NCBI GenBank assembly: GCA_013265495.1
Contig: MU057416.1
Span: 1,420,545 to 1,484,544 of the forward strand
Length of the DNA: 64,000 nt
Source: Vicugna vicugna
Taxonomy: Eukaryota
Direction of reading: 5' to 3'
A program made the position numbers and the translations under genes. Of this stretch, positions 60,990-64,000 are shown piece after piece; position 1 is the first letter of the stretch, and each line of letters opens with the position of its first letter. The notes beneath the pieces are model-generated. The model made no database searches, was not told the DNA's origin, and saw nothing but the letters and a program-made list of their open reading frames with translations.

Positions 60990-61812
60990 TCTTCGCATTT
61001 TTTACAAATCATAGCTGATAAGGGTCTAGTATCTAGAATATATAAAGGACTCTTACAACTCAGCAGAAAGACAAACAACCAATTAAAAAATGGGCAAAGG
61101 ACTGAACAGACACTTCTCCAAGGAAGATACACAAATGGCCAACAAGCACATGGAAAGGTGCTCAGCGTCACCAGGCATCAGGGAAGTGCATCAGAACCAC
61201 AGTGAGAACCTCTTCTCACCCACTAGGACAGTCACAGTCACAGACGTGGGAAACGACAAACGCTGCGGAGGACGTGGAGGCAGTGGGACCCTCCAACGTT
61301 GCTGGTGGGAACGTCAAATGGTGTAACTGCTGTGGAGAACAGACGGCAGTTCCTCAAAGGTTAAGCACAGAATACCGAGTAACTCAGCAGTTCCCTCCTG
61401 TCTACCAAGGAATTACAAATAAATGCAAAAAAAAATGATACTATTTGAAACAGCCAAAAAATGGAAACAGCCTAAGGCCCACCACCTGATGAACAGATAA
61501 GCAAAACTATTACTCAGCCAGAAAAAGGAATGAAGGGTCTGTGCACGCTACAACACTGAAGGACTTCGTGTTACATGATATTCCGTTCAGGAACTGTCCA
61601 GAAGAGGTGACTCCAGAGAGACAGAAAGCAGGGCTTGAGTGGAGGCGCCTGGGTTGTAACTACTTAATGGGTCTCCTTCCGGAGGGTGGGGACAATGTAT
61701 CAGACCCAGTAGAGGTGGCGGTTGCACAAGATTATGGGTACACTAAATGCCACTGGGTTTTACATTTTTAAATGGTTAATTTTATGGTGTGTGAATTTTC
61801 TCTTAATAAAAG
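60990..61812 (+). mobile_element. Old L1M fragment (ORF2 end plus 3' UTR)
   Basis: gataagggtctagtatctagaatatataaaggactcttacaactca...aaaatgggcaaaggactgaacagacacttctcc. Confidence 0.88.
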
Positions 61813-63749
61813 TTTAATTTCAATGACTGAAGTCCTTGAATTTCTTACTAACTTCTAGGTAAGGTTTCATGCAGCCCTCTGGGAACCTGCCTCATTCGTG
61901 GCCTTGGGCGCCAAGGAGCAGGACATGAAGACGTGAGACAGGGCTCTTGCCCGTGCGTCTCCACCTCAGAGGATACGACACACCTTCTAACAGGTAAGAT
62001 AGAGCAACCGAAAATCCAGAGCCAGGATGAGAGATCATGACCATTAACAAGACTAATCAGAAAGCGGAGACACGGGAAGGAGGAACGAAGGATGAGAGAC
62101 GTGGGCTGGACCTGAGTGCGGACCCTCCATCTGCTAAGTTAGGGCCTTAAATCAGCATTTTTCTCCCTAAGTGGGGCAAAAAGCCATCATCAGACCACGT
62201 AGGGCTGAGCTTTTCCTCCTTTTGACTCTGAAAGACCAGGCAGAAAGGCCAAAAAGGGAAAATCTGCTTCCATGCAGCGTTGTGACAGTGAGAGCATGGC
62301 TTCTTGTTAGAGAAGTAAATTCCACCCACTGGCCAGCACAAACAGGACTAGAAGCTTCCAGCGAGCTTCAGGGAGACTGAGGTTCAAGGCACCAAGTGTT
62401 TACTGGGCCCAATCGGTACACAGTGCTCTTCCCGGAGCTGGCAGAGAGTCTGAGGTGGCCTGGACCCCGTCTTTATCCTCGGGGCGCTACCCCTCTGACT
62501 GGAGGTGCACTGCATGTGTGCTGTGGAGAATGGTTAGTGTCCTGGGGGAGGAAGGAAGCCCTTCCAGGTAGAGACCAGGTACAGGGGACACCGTGCAGTC
62601 ACAGGGTTTCTTACAAATGCTGGGGACACAGGTACTGGGGCTCAGAATCCAACAGACATGTATTAATGACTTTTACAACATAAGATGGTGTATTGCGTGA
62701 TGGGCTCCGGGCCTGGGAGGTGGGCGTGCAGGGGGAGGAAGTGGGAAAGGTGAGGAGGTTCACATCGTAGAGGACCGCACCTCGCCTCCTCCTCGGAGGC
62801 GCCTGCATCAGCTGGCCACACCACCTCCGTCCCACACCGTTCCCCTTTACCACCCTGAATAATCCCAAAGGTGGCAAGCCACATCACTTGGCTGGGTCAC
62901 CATGTGCCAGGCACCGTTTAAAACCTGAACCCCTTTCGGCCTCGCAGCACACCTGTGAGAAAGGCCCCGCCGCCAGCGCCCTGTTCTCTTGCTGAAGCGC
63001 AGAGAAGCCCCGGGAACTGCTTGGGGCCGCACATCAGCAGAGTGCTGGAACCTGGATTCAAACCCCACCTGTCTCCAAAGCCCAGGCCCCTAACCGTCAT
63101 GCCCCACTCCTCCCAGCGGCAGTCGCTCCGCACAAAACCCGGGCACCCCGGCCCCGGGAAGCCACCAGGGGACCCTCCTCTCCCCAGGCTTCCACCACCT
63201 CCGGGCTGCTCTACACCCAGACTCTGCACCCAGAAGCAGCCGTTTCTGTCGGTCCCCTCCTCCTCCGACCTTCCACCTCAGCACTTGAGGAGAGAGGCTG
63301 GCAGAAGAGAAGGCCAGAGTCAGACAGAGCGCCCACGCCCGCCTGACAGACGGGGCTCAGCGCCCTCTCGGGGCCTCACCCACCGCCAGCGAGCCCTGAG
63401 CCCCTCCCCTCGGCCTCCATCCCCTACCCTACNNNNNNNNNNNNNNNNNNNNNNNNNNNNNNNNNNNNNNNNNNNNNNNNNNNNNNNNNNNNNNNNNNNN
63501 NNNNNNNNNNNNNNNNNNNNNNNNGTCCCACACAGCCCCCCCAACCCCCCGGCGCACAGAGTCCTGCCTCTCCAGCTTCCCCCTCATCACCCTCCGCTCT
63601 CCAATTCCACGCTCAAAGCAAACAATTCACAGATCCCCCAGGGCTCCCCACTTTCCTGCTTTCAAATCTTGGCACATGCTGCTCCCCGCTTCACAGGCTA
63701 ATAACTGTTATGTTCCTTCAAAACGAGCTCTGATGCTCCCTCCCTGAGG

Positions 63750-63751
<2 letters not shown>

Positions 63752-63781
<30 letters not shown>
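63752..63781 (+). repeat. Poly-C tract (30 C)
   Basis: Direct reading. Confidence 0.85.
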
Positions 63782-64000
63782 AGTATTCTAAACCGGACTT
63801 GATTCAGTGGCTCGTGCTTGCACTTGGCTGTGTACTGGCCGTTTCTCCATCACTCTCCTAACTACAGGGTCTGGGCCTTCTGACTCCACGCTCCTGTATT
63901 TCCCCAGTTTCTCTTATCACAAGAATTACCAGAGGAGAGGTATGGAATTTATAAATTCCCAGGCTATCCCCCAAACTGACTGAATCAGGATCTCCAGATT

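Noticed and set aside
62955..63701. 248-aa Pro-rich ORF
   Set aside because: Spans an N gap and MIR-like, C-rich intronic sequence; low-complexity artefact.
61000..64000. Further upstream KIF14 exons (P-loop GQTGSGKS, GIIPR)
   Set aside because: No matching coding sequence found by eye; they presumably lie beyond the window end.

Overview
Mammalian genomic DNA, probably camelid, judging by Vic-1-like tRNA-derived SINEs and camelid-type L1 3' ends. Positions ~25.2-61 kb hold the 3' part of KIF14 (kinesin-3 mitotic/cytokinesis motor) on the minus strand. I traced 26 coding exons by hand with consistent phases, running from mid-motor domain through coiled-coil, FHA domain and tail to a TGA stop at 26768-26770. 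The 5' exons, including the P-loop, lie beyond the window. Positions 1-25 kb are intergenic and contain a two-LTR ERV1-type provirus (4-bp TSD, degenerate Arg PBS), a solo LTR, and L1, SINE and DNA-transposon remnants. The most notable signal is a patchy, strongly directional AT->GC shift. It is visible directly between repeat copies inside the window and apparently extends into KIF14, which has changes in normally near-invariant kinesin motifs and an earlier stop codon than human. This is consistent with intense GC-biased gene conversion. I found no wholly new gene system. Comparisons with human KIF14 rest on recall and need confirming by alignment. Exon numbers are tentative and count back from the terminal exon as 30.
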